DNA of 47,127 nucleotides from Phoronis australis (lineage: Eukaryota; Animalia; Phoronida). The notes beneath the pieces are model-generated. The model was not told the origin of the DNA and searched no databases. It worked only from the letters and a program-made list of their open reading frames with translations. Position numbers and translations under genes: made by a program. Positions 13,701 to 24,444 of the stretch are shown piece by piece (positions within the stretch are counted from its first letter, which is position 1; every line of letters starts with the position of its first letter). Where the stretch lies: the NCBI GenBank assembly GCA_002633005.1, contig NMRA01000307.1:1-47127 (forward strand), read 5' to 3'.

Positions 13701-16700
13701 ATATAAAACAAGAAATTGTAACCAAAAACAACTCACATTTTTTTCAAAAATTTTTAAGTTCTCTGCATCCGTCTATCACAACCCTTTAAAGGTAATTTTC
13801 TCAGTCTGGAAAAAAGATAGGTGAAAAGTTTATACACGCTTTCAAAGCTACATGTATGAATGAGATCTCTCAACTGATGTATTATTTTTTTTCCAAGGAT
13901 GAACATTTTTTCACAATTAATCAAACTTTCTCTGATGGTACGTCCGTCACAAATGGAATTGCCCATGTACTGTATGTGCAACTTTCTGTAATAAAGGGAG
14001 CTCGTTTCTTTGTTTTGTAGATTCTGATGCTGACAAATGAGGATTATAGCAATTTGCGGTTATGGACCTGTTGAATATATTCCAGCTTTCTACATGTACC
14101 ATGGTGCATATAAAATCTCAAATGTCTTCAATAAAGTGGTTGTGGTTTCCGGGTTTATCGTGATTCTTAGGAAATCTGGTAATAACTCGTGTCTGGTAAG
14201 TTTTAAATTACCCTTACAGATAAGACTCTTACGAACTTCGACATCCGTTTATCCAGCGACAATAAGACGTCGTCTAGCGACCCCTTGTGTCGTCACTTTG
14301 GCGGTACTGTTGGTGCAGGTGTAACTCAATGGATCAACTGTGACAAAGCTGTGTACGGAAGATATCTGTTTATTCAACAACTTGGAACGCAGCCCCTAGT
14401 TATGTGTGAGGTGGAAGTGTACGGCACACTTATCACAAGTAAGTAACTGTTTCTGACGAGTATAGTTATCTAATGCGATGAAGCGTACTAGTGTTTTCTT
14501 GTTCTGGCAGGCACGCCATCTTTATGGGTTTGCAAACCTTGTTATCATCACCTATAGTTAGTTACCGGTAGGTACATGTAGTTACGTTACGTGACAGTTA
14601 GGTAACTTGTCATTCTCTGGCACAGGTGAGGGGATGTAGTGAATTTACATGTAGGTGTCTGACCACACACGGGTCAGCCATACATGTACACTGTATGTGT
14701 GTGCATATGTGCAGATTATTCACGCTTTTATTTCTACATCTCTTACAATCATCAAGTGTTTCCGATCGGCTAAACGTTAAAAAAACTAACTCTGTGAAAG
14801 CCCATAGCGCAAAGTGTCGGCATTTTACACTTTGAATTATTTTCTTCAACTTTCAAGAAAGCTTCAGTGCAGGGAAAGTTCTTTTGTAAACAACTGATAA
14901 AAAATGAGCTTTGGAAACTTTAAGGACGTTGTTGACTTTGACTGCCTTGTCCTGATAAAAATCGCACTTAGGAGGAATGATTTCTGGTACTTCTCGATAT
15001 ATTTTTTTGAAACTGACTTCAATGAGAAAAACCTTGAGTATGAGGAATAGTACTGGCTTTGTAAGGCATGTAGGTCTTGGAAGGGATTTGAGTGACTGTC
15101 TTTTTAGATTCTTTTCGTTTTCTCTCAATGCATGAAACCTTTCCTGTTCTTGGGAATATAAAGCAATGTTTTGTCAGTCACTGTTGATCTTTTTGCTGCA
15201 AGGAAACGTTTGTCTGGAGAAAAAGGCGTCAATCGTTAAACATTATCTCGCTCCATGTATTGCACTATGTGATGGGTTGAATCTGTCTACATTCTACTGT
15301 ACAGCATATGTAAAGAAACTTTTTTTAATTCTTTCAACACCGTTCTTTAAGACCGCGCACTTTTTTAAAACACGCTTGTGGAATTATTTAAGTATGTTGG
15401 TACCATGGCGGCGGGTGGAAAGGTGCGGAATAACGGCAGAGTTTGTATATTCAAGGGGAAATAAAGACATAGAGTCACTGGAAGTAAATTTGTTGTCTGT
15501 TTCTCTCTCTCTNACAGGTGAGGGGATGTAGTGAATTTACATGTAGGTGTCTGACCACACACGGGTCAGCCATACATGTACACTGTATGTGTGTGCATAT
15601 GTGCAGATTATTCACGCTTTTATTTCTACATCTCTTACAATCATCAAGTGTTTCCGATCACTTTGAATTATTTTCTTCAACTTTCAAGAAAGCTTCAGTG
15701 CAGGGAAAGTTCTTTTGTAAACAACTGATAAAAACTAAGCTTTGGAAAGGACGTTGTTGACTTTGACTGCCTTGTCCTGATAAAAATCGCACTTAGGAGG
15801 AATGATTTCTGGTACTTCTCGATATAATTTTTTGAAACTGGCTTCAATGAGAAAAACCTTGAGTATGAGGAATAGTACTGGCTTTGTAAGGCATGTAGGT
15901 CTTGGAAGGGATTTGAGTGACTGTCTTTTTAGATTCTTTTCGTTTTCTCTCAATGCACGAAACCTTTCCTGTTCTTGAGAATATAAAGCAATGTTTTGTC
16001 AGTCACTGTTGATCTTTTTGCTGCAAGGACACGTTTGTCTGGAGAAAAAGGCGTCAATCGTTAAACATTATCTCGCTCCATGTATGTGATGGGTTGAATC
16101 TGTCTACATTCTACTGTACAGCATATGTAAAGAAACTTTTTTAAATTCTTTCAACACCGTTCTTTAAGACCGCGCACTTTTTTAAAACACGCTTGTGGAA
16201 TTATTCAAGTATGTTGGTACCATGGCGGCGGGTGGAAAGGTGCGGAATAACGGCAGAGTTTGTATATTCAAGGGGAAATAAAGACATAGAGTCACTGGAA
16301 GTAAATTTGTTGTCTCTCTCTCTCTCTCTAAGTTGGACCATAGGCCTTTAAGTGGGGGGTTTCAATGACAGTTTCTCATCATCAATGTGTTACTCAACTG
16401 AAAATGCTTTTTAGTGCGACTTAAGTTGCACACTGATCATCAAAGTCTGTTGTTTTTTTTTTACATTTTACAGTTAACAGTTGACATTTAAACTGCCTTA
16501 ATTAATTTCAATTAATATTCTGGGGCTAGTCAAATGTCGAATTCAGGATTCCCGATCACAAATCTTTGACATTTGGTACAACCTCAGTTCAGCTATGACA
16601 TTTGCTGGATGAATTCTGGCGATATATTCAGACCGCCTGTTATGCTGTTAATCCATCCGGGCATTTTAGTTCAAGGCAATGCTTAAGTCTGAAGCCTCCA

Positions 16701-19700
16701 AAATAAGAAAAAAATCGCAGTTTCAACTCGCAAGGGCAAAAATAGGCATGGTACCTTATATTTCAAAGGTCCATGTCTCGAAGACCCTTTGACACTGATA
16801 AACAGAATTTTGTAGGTAATCATTGTGTATTATGATAAATAACTCAGTAAATTTTTAACCAATTCTGAGATGGTGGCCTGACACCCTCTGGGTGATTTCA
16901 TGTGGGTTTATCATAATGCAAAATAAACCATACTGCTGCACACGCCCCCTGTTGTCTTTGTTTCAGTGAGTGCAAACATTGCATTGCATAAGCCCACTAA
17001 ACAGTCATCGACTCGTACTGAATGGGTTGACTCGTCACGTGCTGTCGACGGAAACAAAAATACGGACCTTGAAGCCGGTCGAAGTTGTTCGCACACCTTT
17101 GGTAGAAATAATGATTGGTGGAGAGTGGACTTGGAGAAGGTTTATGCTGTGCACACCGTGGCAATAACCAATAGACGGCATGAGCTGTATTGTATGTAAA
17201 TTGTTCAGAGGCTTATCTTGTTCAAATTGATTGCAATAATCAATAGACGGCATGAGCTGTATTGTATGTAAATTGTTCAGAGGCTTATCTTGTTCAAATT
17301 GATTGTTTTTTTTTCAGATTGCTTTAACTAATATTGTACATTGTAGTTTGGCCACGATGCATTTTCGATATGTATCTACACTTGTTTTTTTTTGAAGACT
17401 GGATAAAACTGTGCGTTGTTTTCCAAATATGTACCTTGATGCCGGCGTACGAAATGTTGCTGGTTCCCTAGTGACTTTATCCCTCGTGTTCCTCATTTCG
17501 AATAGTTAACCTGGTTATAACCCATCTCTGGTAAGTTTTAATTATCTTTTCAGATGCAACTTTAACCAACTTCGATATCCGTGTATCTGGCAGCCCTGTG
17601 TTGTCATATAGTGCCCCTTTGTGTCACCATTTTGGCGACACTGTTGGTGCAGGTGTGACTCAATGGATCATCTGTGACAAACCTGTGTATGGCAGATATC
17701 TGTTTATACAACAACTTGGAACGGAGTATCTAGTTTTGTGCGAGGTGGAAGTATACGGTCTTTTGGTCGAAGGTGAGTAACTATTTCTGAGCCAGAATAC
17801 TTTTTATTTCGGTCGAACCCGGCACTTTTTTGTCAGCTAAGCATGCCATCTGAATGAGTGTCAATGTCATAAATGTTGTCATTGGGTAGCTACTGTATGT
17901 TGCATGTACGAGTATATGACACAGAGTTAACTCCTGTGCCACACGTGAAAGGGATATAATAAATACAGGTGTCCGTCCAAATATTCCCCAATGCTTGGGT
18001 CCGTTTTCTATTTCCACTCCGTTAGAAAATAATCAAGCATTGATGTTCACAACTCCAGCAGTTCTCGAGGTCGGTCCGTTATCCTGAACCCGACATTCCA
18101 CCACCCCTATTTTCCGCAACTGATGCTACCAGTTCCTCTGATCTCCCAGCCCTGAGCTCCCGCCAAGTGTTACCCTGGTCCTAGACTCCGCCGTTCCTCT
18201 GTTTCCTCGTCCTTTTATTCTACCGTCCGTCTATTTCTTGGCCGTGATCATCCCCGGCACTATATTCTCCGCTGCACTGTTTCCCCNNNNNNNNNNNNNN
18301 NNNNNNNNNNNNNNNNNNNNNNNNNNNNNNNNNNNNNNNNNNNNNNNNNNNNNNNNNNNNNNNNNNNNNNNNNNNNNNNNNNNNNNNNNNNNNNNNNNNN
18401 NNNNNNNNNNNNNNNNNNNNNNNNNNNNNNNNNNNNNNNNNNNNNNNNNNNNNNNNNNNNNNNNNNNNNNNNNNNNNNNNNNNNNNNNNNNNNNNNNNNN
18501 NNNNNNNNNNNNNNNNNNNNNNNNNNNNNNNNNNNNNNNNNNNNNNNNNNNNNNNNNNNNNNNNNNNNNNNNNNNNNNNNNNNNNNNNNNNNNNNNNNNN
18601 NNNNNNNNNNNNNNNNNNNNNNNNNNNNNNNNNNNNNNNNNNNNNNNNNNNNNNNNNNNNNNNNNNNNNNNNNNNNNNNNNNNNNNNNNNNNNNNNNNNN
18701 NGTCCCGTTGCTGCCCTGCCATTTGTTCCTCGTTTGTACATGTACCTGCTTGAGTTTTACCAGTTGGGTGTTTACGATTATGAAATCAAGTAAAAGCAAT
18801 ATATTAAAGATGATAAGCAAATCTATTTTCTCATCTTCAATAGTTAAATTGCGACTAAGGAATTGACTGCAACATGGGGGCGGGGAAATACATGCACGCC
18901 AGAACATCGCAACCGAAGAATATACATGTACATGTACATGTACATGTAGAGATGGGGGACATCAAGACTAGAGAATATTGGTTGGTTCGGGGAAATGTAC
19001 TGTAGGTACCGGGGAAGTTGGTTTGAATTCAAATGAGAAAATAGGCGTAGGGAACATGGGGCGACGGAACATCATACCAGGCAAATTCCAACGGAGAACC
19101 ATAGGGCCGAGGCCATTAATCTGGACGAAGGAACATAGGCCAGGGGCACATGGGAACAGAACAACATAGGGCCGAGTCATACATCAGGAGGGGGGGGGTT
19201 GAATCCAGGACACATGGGTGACGGGGGAGCATAGGGCCTGGGAACATCGGACGAGGATAACATGTAGGGCCAGGGCGCTTTGGGACGGAGAATGTGTAAA
19301 GGAAGATTAATTACAATGTAAGACTGGGGACTATCGGAACGGGGCGAGTCAGGGACGGAGCAATATCGGTTGCGGAGCAAACGGATATACTGCAATACGA
19401 AGGGGCCAAACACATTATTATGGGGCATGAACACTTCCGAAAAATGTCATGTTTGTGTAAAGGGGACGTTCTACGAGAAATTCAATAAAAGTGGCACGAA
19501 GCCACTCTAGGGTAATACATGTATTTCGGCTTCAGCTTAAATATTGGGTTTGTGATCATGGTGTAGTTCTAGTTCGTGTAGTTAGTTTTGTTTACAGGAT
19601 GAATATCATCAGGCTTACGCTGCAGTCTCAGTGCTTTCAGTACCCTATTGACTAATTCTAGGGGATACCCATTCTTTTGCAAGTTCGTTGTAAGTTCTTA

Positions 19701-21783
19701 AATATTGCTTTCAGTACCCTATTGACTAATTATAGGGGACAACCATTCGTTTGCAAATTTGTTGTAAGTTCTTTTACTAAGTGTATGTATAATTATGAAG
19801 CTAACAACAAACTGCGATGACTTTTACACGGATCCCACGAACGCAGTGTCCCCTAGTGGCAATTTCATTTCTTGACGTTTTCTTTTGTTTCACTGAAGTT
19901 CTTTGACAGATTTTTATGAAGCTTGGTAAATAGATTTCTAAAGCGAAGACATGTTCCTGTTTTCGGATGGATGTGACGTAACAAAAAACAACTCTAGAAG
20001 AACCCTGTTTGCGGTGCATTCGTGGGAGCTGATTTCAACCCTTCACGTTGATCTTGTTCAATATTTTGTATTGCACTTGTACACTGGAACGAAGATGTTT
20101 TGTCTCCTTCCTAGGAAAATATTTTGCAATAGACATTGAGAAGATGTGTTATCCCTGCATCATGCACAAAACGCTGGCCTATCCAATTTTCCAAAGACGT
20201 CGGAGTCAGTTAGAGTTTTTATGTCGGATTCTATTTTCTCTTTTCCTAGAAAATGAATTAGACGTGAGATTAAAGCACAATGACACGAGATGACGATTCT
20301 ATGTCAAAAATGTGAATCAGGGAAAAAACGTGAGAGTTTTGCAGATTTGTTTATATAGTTCACGAGTAGCTCTGGGCCTAGTTGCATAAAACAGGATCAA
20401 GACTCGATAGGGATTACGTCTTTAACCCAGTTTTCTGGAATCAGGGCCAATTGGTTGACGTTTTCTTTCACAGTGAAACACTTATTTTAGTATACTAATA
20501 CACGAAAAGATGGATCATAGGACAATAACATTCGCTACAGGAAAAGTCCCGACGCATCTCGGAGTATTTAGTAATCTATGCTGAGCGCATGGGCGGCGCA
20601 CCATAGGGGACTGGGGGGGCTATAGCCCCACTTTTTTATCCGACTTTACATTGTCTACTAACATTATATTGTGGAAAAAACCAACGAAATTTATTCCTCA
20701 ACAGTTTACAGTGATAATAGTCTTGGCTTTGGTCATTTAGACTGAATGTCCACTTTTCGGGTACCTTAGACCTATTCTGTCTTAATTTTGGTCTTAAGAA
20801 ATTTCATGACACGCTGCTTAGGCATTTTGGTCTTGAATTAGCCATGGTTTACAATAAAGGGAAACAGTTGCATAAAACCTGACCTGATACAAAAAACACC
20901 TCATTTATTTACCTTTTAATTTTTTACTTTGCCATCAAAGATTCACGGCAAATATGACTAATTTTTCATACCGAAAACATCAATTTTCCATTATCAAAAA
21001 CGGGCAGATAGCACGCAATGTGAGAAAACACACAATGTGTTTAGAAAGTCATACTTAATAAAGATTCTTCCAAGGAATTGGTACAGACAGTGTCACTGCA
21101 TCCATCGTGTGAAGGAGAAGAAAAATCTGGAGTCATATTCTGTGGTGTTGAAAATTGGTGTAACTGAAATACTTTTACAAGCCAGTTTGGGGGATGTGCT
21201 TATTGAATCATACGTTTATGAATAGATCTCGAAAGAGTGAAAAAAAATAAGAATTCTCTCAAATACAGTCTTTTTTCATTTATTGTTTTAAAATTTTCTC
21301 AGTTTTGCGTATTTTACATGTTTTTAAAGGGAAGTTTTTTATAACTTCATTACAGTGAATATGGTTAAAAACAGAAAGCATTAATGAAGATGAACATTAA
21401 TTTTTAGAGACCATATTGTTGTCTGACTTACATGTATCTGTGCACCCTTGAGTGTTCACAACTGACCGTGGATCAGGGGTTACACAGGCACAGCTAATGC
21501 CACATTTTCCTGTTTCTGGTACCAAAAGAGATAACGCCATTGTCTGAAACACGTATTGGCTTTGTAGACTAGTCTCCCTAGCAAAAGTTTGCTAAGCATT
21601 TCAGTGTCAGCGTTATCTGTACCACTTTGATGTCAAACTGTGAGTCCTGTTTTCTTCGTTGCAGCTGCAAGCAATAACTTTGAGGCCGCCAAAGAAGGTT
21701 CGTCAGGTGACAACATGTTGAGTGCTGAATACGGTGTCCTAGCAACCTGCTTCGTAGGCATCTTCGTCTATGCTAGTCAGTAG
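4706..21783 (+). CDS. Four-domain F-type lectin (fucolectin) with signal peptide and probable GPI-anchor signal, ~655 aa; join(4706..4772,5021..5041,5844..6068,7088..7306,9331..9555,9912..10121,10851..11069,14220..14438,16967..17191,17554..17772,21665..21783)
   Basis: All introns are GT-AG and phase 1, and the joined CDS is 1968 nt with an open frame. Each domain has NIA..K...QS(S/T)T, AVDG(N/D), CSHT, WW.VDL, ITNR, GRYLFI and CEVEV, with 4 Cys. The first two exons and the last exon are less certain than the eight domain exons. Confidence 0.85.
5021..5041 (+). CDS. F-type lectin 21-nt microexon (LTKTASS; signal-peptide cleavage region)
   Basis: Acceptor TTTTTCAG|, donor G|GTGAGT, phase 1-1, keeps frame. 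Confidence 0.65.
5844..6068 (+). CDS. F-type lectin domain 1, N-half exon (A1)
   Basis: VSTNIALRKPAKQSTT...AVDGN...CSHT...WWRVDL...ITNRQHPEY; TTACAG| and |GTACGT; 225 nt. Confidence 0.93.
7088..7306 (+). CDS. F-type lectin domain 1, C-half exon (B1)
   Basis: HKTLTNFDIRV...LCHHF...CDKAVYGRYLFI...MCEVEVHG; TTCAG| and |GTAAGT; 219 nt. Confidence 0.93.
9331..9555 (+). CDS. F-type lectin domain 2, N-half exon (A2)
   Basis: KTNIAYGK...AVDGD...CSHT...ITNREHPTY; TTTACAG| and |GTACGT; 225 nt. Confidence 0.93.
9912..10121 (+). CDS. F-type lectin domain 2, C-half exon (B2)
   Basis: HKSLTNFDIRL...GRYLFI...MCEVEVFGK; TTGCAG| and |GTGAGT; 210 nt. Confidence 0.93.
10851..11069 (+). CDS. F-type lectin domain 3, N-half exon (A3)
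   Basis: SPNIAFYK...AVDGN...CSHT...ITNRDDPEF; CTTACAG| and |GTACGT; 219 nt. Confidence 0.93.
13126..13275. mobile_element. MITE, PIF/Harbinger-like
   Basis: TIRs GGCCCAGTTGCATAAA / TTTATGCAACTCACCC (13/16 complementary), with CAG on both sides as a 3-bp TSD. A related end occurs at ~20375. Confidence 0.65.
14220..14438 (+). CDS. F-type lectin domain 3, C-half exon (B3; absent from the ORF track in this frame)
   Basis: Manual translation YKTLTNFDIRLSSDNKTSSSDPLCRHFGGTVGAGVTQWINCDKAVYGRYLFIQQLGTQPLVMCEVEVYGTLIT; CTTACAG| and |GTAAGT; 219 nt. Confidence 0.93.
14622..16329. repeat. Tandem ~0.85-kb duplication split by a single N (probable uncollapsed haplotype overlap)
   Basis: 14622-15512 is nearly identical to 15514-16329, N at 15513. 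The copies differ by SNPs and indels, including a ~61-bp block at 14768-14828. Confidence 0.85.
16967..17191 (+). CDS. F-type lectin domain 4, N-half exon (A4)
   Basis: SANIALHKPTKQSST...AVDGN...CSHT...ITNRRHELY; TTTCAG| and |GTATGT; 225 nt. Confidence 0.93.
17161..17304 (+). repeat. 72-bp tandem duplication spanning the A4 splice donor
   Basis: 17161-17232 repeated at 17233-17304 with one mismatch. Confidence 0.9.
17554..17772 (+). CDS. F-type lectin domain 4, C-half exon (B4)
   Basis: YATLTNFDIRV...GRYLFI...LCEVEVYGLLVE; TTTTCAG| and G|GTGAGT; 219 nt. Confidence 0.93.
17965..19435. repeat. Degenerate ~15-20-bp repeat arrays in opposite orientation around the gap (possible fold-back DNA element)
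   Basis: C/T-rich units left of the gap and G/A-rich GGAACATAGGGCC-like units at 18950-19420; termini not clearly defined. Confidence 0.45.
18287..18701. other. Assembly gap (415 N)
   Basis: Run of N. Confidence 1.
19632..19773 (+). repeat. 74-bp tandem duplication
   Basis: TGCTTTCAGTACCCTATTGACTAATT...GTTGTAAGTTCTT starts at 19632 and again at 19706. Confidence 0.85.
21665..21783 (+). CDS. F-type lectin last coding exon, GPI-anchor-signal-like C-terminus (AASNNFEAAKEGSSGDNMLSAEYGVLATCFVGIFVYASQ*)
   Basis: Strong acceptor TTTTCTTCGTTGCAG|, open in the required phase 1. Small-residue cluster GSSG, spacer, terminal hydrophobic stretch, stop at 21781-21783. A donor |GTGAGT at 21801 implies a 3'UTR intron. 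Confidence 0.7.
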
Positions 21784-21841
21784 TCCTAGTGCACCTGCAA
21801 GTGAGTGTTTTAATTCCTTTGAACTTCCCCGATATTTATCA

Positions 21842-22293
21842 CAGGTATATCATAGAATCGTACACGCGAGCACCGCACATTACGCACAAACCACTTACGA
21901 ACATACATGTATGAATCGTGCATACGAACCCATGGATCATGCATACAGTGTACGAACCCAAAAATCACGCATGCTAAAAACATGGGCACTAGTCACTCAA
22001 ATCATGCATACAAACACAAATCATATGCACTTGCATCCGAATCATATGAACCACCAAACGAAGTGTTCGTGCGCGTGTTTCGATGCTCGTGTGTATGATT
22101 TTGTGTTCGTATGTACTAGCGGTACATGGTTTTGTGGTTCGTGCGCATGATTTTCGTTCGCATACAACATGTTTTGGTTCGTATGAATGATTCATGGGCT
22201 CGTATGCATGGTGATTCATAGATTCGTGGGAGATTCGTGGGGGATTCGTGCGTAATAAGCGATGCGCGTGCGTATGATTCTTTGGTACCCCTG
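21842..22293. mobile_element. MITE with long imperfect inverted arms (CAGG...CCTG), hAT-like
   Basis: The left arm CAGGTATATCATAGAATCGTACACGCG...ATTACGCAC matches the reverse complement of the right arm. Internal ACGAAC/GTTCGT subrepeats switch orientation at the centre. The 8-bp flanks match only 5/8. Confidence 0.7.
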
Positions 22294-24214
22294 AATTAGG
22301 ACCATCCCGGATTACACAGCGTTAGAGCTCTCCTTCGTCCTGGACACCGCGCGTTGTAAGTTTTCATTGAGTTTTAAAATGTCAGACGCATTTTCACAGG
22401 TCATATCGATTTCGACTTTTGAAAAGTCCTGGAAAGGGAATTGTGTTCGGCTAAAAATTACCCCGATGAAGTTGCTAATGTCCAATTGATGCGCATTTTC
22501 TTGTCTTCGGTTGATCTCGGGAAGGTGTTGAGCTTAATTCGCGCATTCACGGATATTTTTTTACGTTTATTCAACATTTTCCCGTCGGAGATGCAGCACA
22601 CGTCACATCAGTAATACTTTGTTGTCAATGGAGATACAAATAGAGCATTCCAGCCGACAATACAGTACGTCTAAATAATTCAACAATAAATGACACGTTA
22701 AACTCCAGTGGGGCAAACACTCGATTCTGCAAAATTGCGTGGCGGATATTAGCACATGCGTGTAGATGAAATGTGAGTTGCTGTGAAATTCGGATGACTC
22801 TCTTCATTGACGCTGCCAAAAATATGACAGAAGGGTGTATGCATAAACCATTAGAAAATCATTGATTGAAGCTCGACAGCCGCGTCTATGAAGAAAATTG
22901 TCATTGAAATACATGTACATGTACGGGCCTCGCGTTGCTCGAATGAAAGAAAACAGTCGCGCTGTGTCCCACGCAACCTGTCACCTGGGCAACCCCCTAC
23001 GTCGTCGGAATCAGTAGCATTATCACAAGTCAGTTACTGTTTGAACGGGAAAAGTGTGTAGCATGAATGTAAAATGTTACTGATTGATTACGTTAAATTC
23101 TGCCGTGGTGACAGGAAGCAGGATTGGTGTTGCACTATTAAAAATAACGAATGCAGTAATAAAATTGATTGTGTACTTATAAATTCCTTATATGGGAATT
23201 TTAAAGTTCAACATTTTTGTTGTTGCCCGAAGGAAAGTGGGCGTGGTCGGACTCGGGAAGAAAAGGTATTGATTTACTGCGTAGCCAAGCGTCTTACTTT
23301 GTTACAAAGACCTGTGTACGCGTGTCTTAAATCATTTCAGAGTAATGGGGCCTTCAGGCATAGATACATGTATCTGGATTGTCCCGAAACGAACCCTTAA
23401 TGCGGAACTGTACGTTGTCCAAGCGCGCCGTCAAAGTCGAAACTGGCCACTACTTCGTTCTGTTTTGTGGTCATGTTAACGCTCTTTCGTCAAAGCAATG
23501 AAACCTCCAACAAGGCTAGAAGGGCTGTCACGGCATTCATAATCTGTTCACATTCTGACGTTTTTTAGCATTGCCATTTTTTCTAAGTATACATTCGAAA
23601 GCAAAACCCAATGCGCTTAGCCGAAATTCCATATAATAGTTGCGTTTCAATTAATCGTGTCTTAAAATAAAATAAATGTCGTGGTGAAAACGTCTCTAAG
23701 CCAAAAAACTTAGTAGCCACAACATTTTCTTGTCGCTGTTTCTCCTGCACGTATATATGTGTATAATTAGATTCAACATCCCGGTTGGTAACCCTGTCAC
23801 CGAATGCGTTGTGGTATAGTTGCATCTATTTGTATGAATCCTGTAAGCTGCATTCGCTTACTTTGTTTTCAGATTCAAGAGCATCTAGACGAAGGAGGGA
23901 TCCAGGAAAAAGATGCCACAAGAATGTAACAATGATGTGTAATTTTAGTTCAAAAAGGTAATAAATGCTAAAAACTTGTTCTTGTCGACATTTCCATAAA
24001 TGGAAAATTTGTATAGATATGTGGTTTGAGTATAACATACAGTTCCAGGCTCCAACTGGTGTATTCGGAATAAAACAATACAAGGGAAGTTGATAATTCG
24101 ATCTCAGCAGACACTACATTTCGAAGTCGACGCGGAGTCGAGTTAGATCATATGGTATCTGGTCCAAGTTTTGCCTCGACTGTGTTTGCATTTTTCCAGT
24201 TCCGAAATAACTTA

Positions 24215-24373
24215 CAGTGGCGGATTTAGAGAAGGCCAAGGGGGCTATGCCCCCCCCCCCCCTAAAATTCTCCCAGAATAAATTTGGTAATTCGGGGTGT
24301 AAGTATCTGACGGGCAAATTCCTGGCTAATACTCTGCCCCGCTTCCCAACTCAAAAACCTGGATCCGCCCCTG
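24215..24373 (+). mobile_element. MITE family A (CAGTGGCGGAT...ATCCGCCCCTG), copy 1
   Basis: 11-bp imperfect TIRs; internal similarity to the copies at 25169, 40477 and 45488. Confidence 0.8.
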
Positions 24374-24444
24374 GTCAAGGTTTTACAGCTCCAGCTGGAG
24401 CGTAGAACAGACATTACGTAGTACGTTTTGTTTGAGTAGACTTG

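Noticed and set aside
14610-15953. Pairs of near-identical ORFs (MRGCSEF..., MRENEK...)
   Set aside because: Products of the duplicated intronic block; no protein features.
18220-18907. Long X-containing ORFs
   Set aside because: Artefacts of the N gap.
18950-19420. CRISPR-like repeat/spacer array
   Set aside because: Units are degenerate without constant repeats or unique spacers; eukaryotic context with no cas genes.
20089-20110. TATTGCACTTGT resembling the miR-92 5' end
   Set aside because: The 3' half does not match and no adequate precursor hairpin is visible.
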